NCBI RefSeq assembly: GCF_004010195.1
Contig: NC_057720.1
Span: forward strand, 21,605,907-21,669,906
DNA from: Chiloscyllium plagiosum
Lineage: Eukaryota
Direction of reading: 5' to 3'
Length of the DNA: 64,000 bases
Shown: in pieces, positions 62,183-64,000 of the stretch
Layout: each line of letters starts with the position of its first letter
How positions within the stretch are numbered: position 1 is the stretch's first letter
Position numbers and translations under genes: made by a program
The notes under the pieces: model-generated
The model's input: only the letters and a program-made list of their open reading frames with translations
What the model was told of the DNA's origin: nothing
Database searches by the model: none

Positions 62183-63794
62183 TGCTTCCAATTAAACCTA
62201 TTGGACTGTAACCTGGTGTTGTGTAATTTTTAACTTTATAGCAGTAGCCATAGCAAATCCTTCCCAATATATTCTAGGCTTCCATTTATACCAGTTAACA
62301 TTCCATCAGCCTTTTTGATTATATTTTGTACAAATCTTAACATGTTCTACCCTTTTTGAACCGAAATGAATGAATGTATGAAACTATTGCTTAATAATTT
62401 ATTTATTTAAGTATACTTAAGCTCCCTTGTCTCTTTATGTTCCTGACTTACCTGACTGACTTTACGTCATTATCAGTCTTAGATTATTGTCTCCTTATCA
62501 AAGTAATTAATAATGAAGGAGTGTGACCCTTCCTGCTCAGGTTCTTTTGGGAACTATTGGTCATTTTCCCCTCCAATACAAATTATGCATCCTCTTTGTC
62601 ATGTACACTCTAAGCAATCTCTCAACTAGGTCAATAATTTGTTTTCAATTCCAAGTGTTTTAATTTTAGCCAACAGGCTCTTTTGTGAAATTGTACTGAA
62701 GTTGTCTTGAAGTCCAAAGAAACTACATCCATTGACAATACTTTTCCTACTAGTTTAGGTCTGTACTCAAAAAAATTAAATTTGATTTGTTAGACATGAT
62801 ATCCCACTTAGAAATCCATGCTAGTCTTCTTTGCAAAATTTCTTTAAGTGCCCAATCACTCTGTCCTTAATTATGGATACTGCCCCGGAGCAGATGTTAG
62901 GCTAACAGACCTATAATTTCCTAGTTTTTTTCTGTAGTTTTAAATAATGAAGTTACATTTACAAGTTTCCAATCTAGAGTGACAGTTCCTGAATTGGAAG
63001 AGTTTAGGGAAATTACAGTACCACTACATTGCTGCCATAAGCTGAGCTGTAGGCAGTTTCCATTACAATTTTAAAATCATGCCAATTAATTTAGTTCTAC
63101 CCATGGGGTCTCAATTGATTGCTTTACCTCTACAAATGTGATAATATCTTCATTTGCTAAGGTCATCCCTCCAACTCTTCCTATGTCCCTATTATTTCTA
63201 AAGGTCTTATATGATGGAATATTCAGCATCTAACTAGCTTTCAGCCGGGCTGAGCTAGTAACCCCAACACCCATCAGGGAATGGACTAATCAAAGGCTGT
63301 CATGGGTGTAAATTCATGTGGGATGGTGGGTCACACATGCTCCACCGGAAGTGGCTGCCTATTACCATCTGAGCAATTAAAGCCTCTTTCTGCCACCTCT
63401 GGTATTTTTACTAACTTTGGTGGTCACACAGTTTCCAAGTACATTTTGAGTTCAATGGGAGGGGTCTCTCCTGCTCAGGCAGCCTGCAAATTGCAGAGCC
63501 CTCCGATTGGATAGGATCACTCCCCTTGACCTCATAATTGGAGTCCCACCATGCTCCCAGCCCTCACTGAGACTTAACCAGTTCTGTAGGGGAACCTGAC
63601 TCTAGCCCTCCCCATTTCGGCTCCTGACCTCTGACTGTCTGCAGTTGTAGCACTTGCCACTATGCTTGATGGGGCTGCTGGGTCTTTAGAACTACCAGCC
63701 TTGGGGGCAGAATCTCATTATGCTGTACATTTCATTTTGCCTCTAATTCACTGAATTTATTGTGTGGCCTCCATAAACTACCCTAAAACACTCA

Positions 63795-63982
63795 AACAAA
63801 ACCAGAAATTGCTGGAGAAACTCAGTGGGTCTGGCAGCATATGGGGAGAGAAAGCAGGATTAACATTTCAGGTACAATGGCCTTTCTTCAGAACTGGAAC
63901 CAAAACCTCGGCACTGCTTTCTCTCTACCGATACTGCCTGACCTGCTGAGTTTCTCCAGCAATTTCAGCCTTTGTTTCAGAT
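63795..63982. mobile_element. Fold-back Penelope-LTR-derived element with degenerate minus-strand hammerhead
   Basis: gaaattgctggagaaactcagtgggtctggcagcat / atactgcctgacctgctgagtttctccagcaatttc; ttaacatttcaggtacaatggcctttcttcagaac. Confidence 0.75.
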
Positions 63983-64000
63983 TGCCTGTGTATTCTTTGT

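Larger units (their letters stand above)
61999..62236. mobile_element. Fold-back mini-element carrying two opposed hammerheads, perfect 10-bp TSD
   Basis: tatagcagta at 61989-61998 and 62237-62246; ~94-bp inverted arms 62035-62128 / 62144-62237. Confidence 0.9.
61600..63010 (-). mobile_element. Very decayed CR1 remnants
   Basis: Minus remnants of 'EYSLQCG' (cf. EYCVQFW), 'DVVSLDFK' and 'NYRSVSLTS'. Confidence 0.55.

Overview
Repeat-dense, AT-rich eukaryotic DNA, intronic or intergenic. The repeat content (CR1 LINEs, HE1/V-SINE-like and Deu-domain SINEs, Penelope-like elements) suggests a cartilaginous fish such as a shark; this is inference. I found no confidently identifiable host protein-coding exon, and nearly all tracked ORFs come from transposon fragments or tandem repeats. 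The window holds many CR1 fragments, including a ~590-codon ORF2 broken by one stop and a decayed near-full-length copy with an esterase ORF1. It also has Penelope-like RT/GIY-YIG fragments, Rex1-, Vingi- and L2-like remnants, a Tigger-like MITE, a 5S rRNA pseudogene and two satellites. The most notable signal is about 20 minimal hammerhead-ribozyme cores (CUGANGA-stem II-GAAA-palindromic stem III-NUH) from at least four sequence families. Most sit in 95-340 bp non-coding, often fold-back insertions, and at least eight of these are bounded by their own 10-15 bp target-site duplication.
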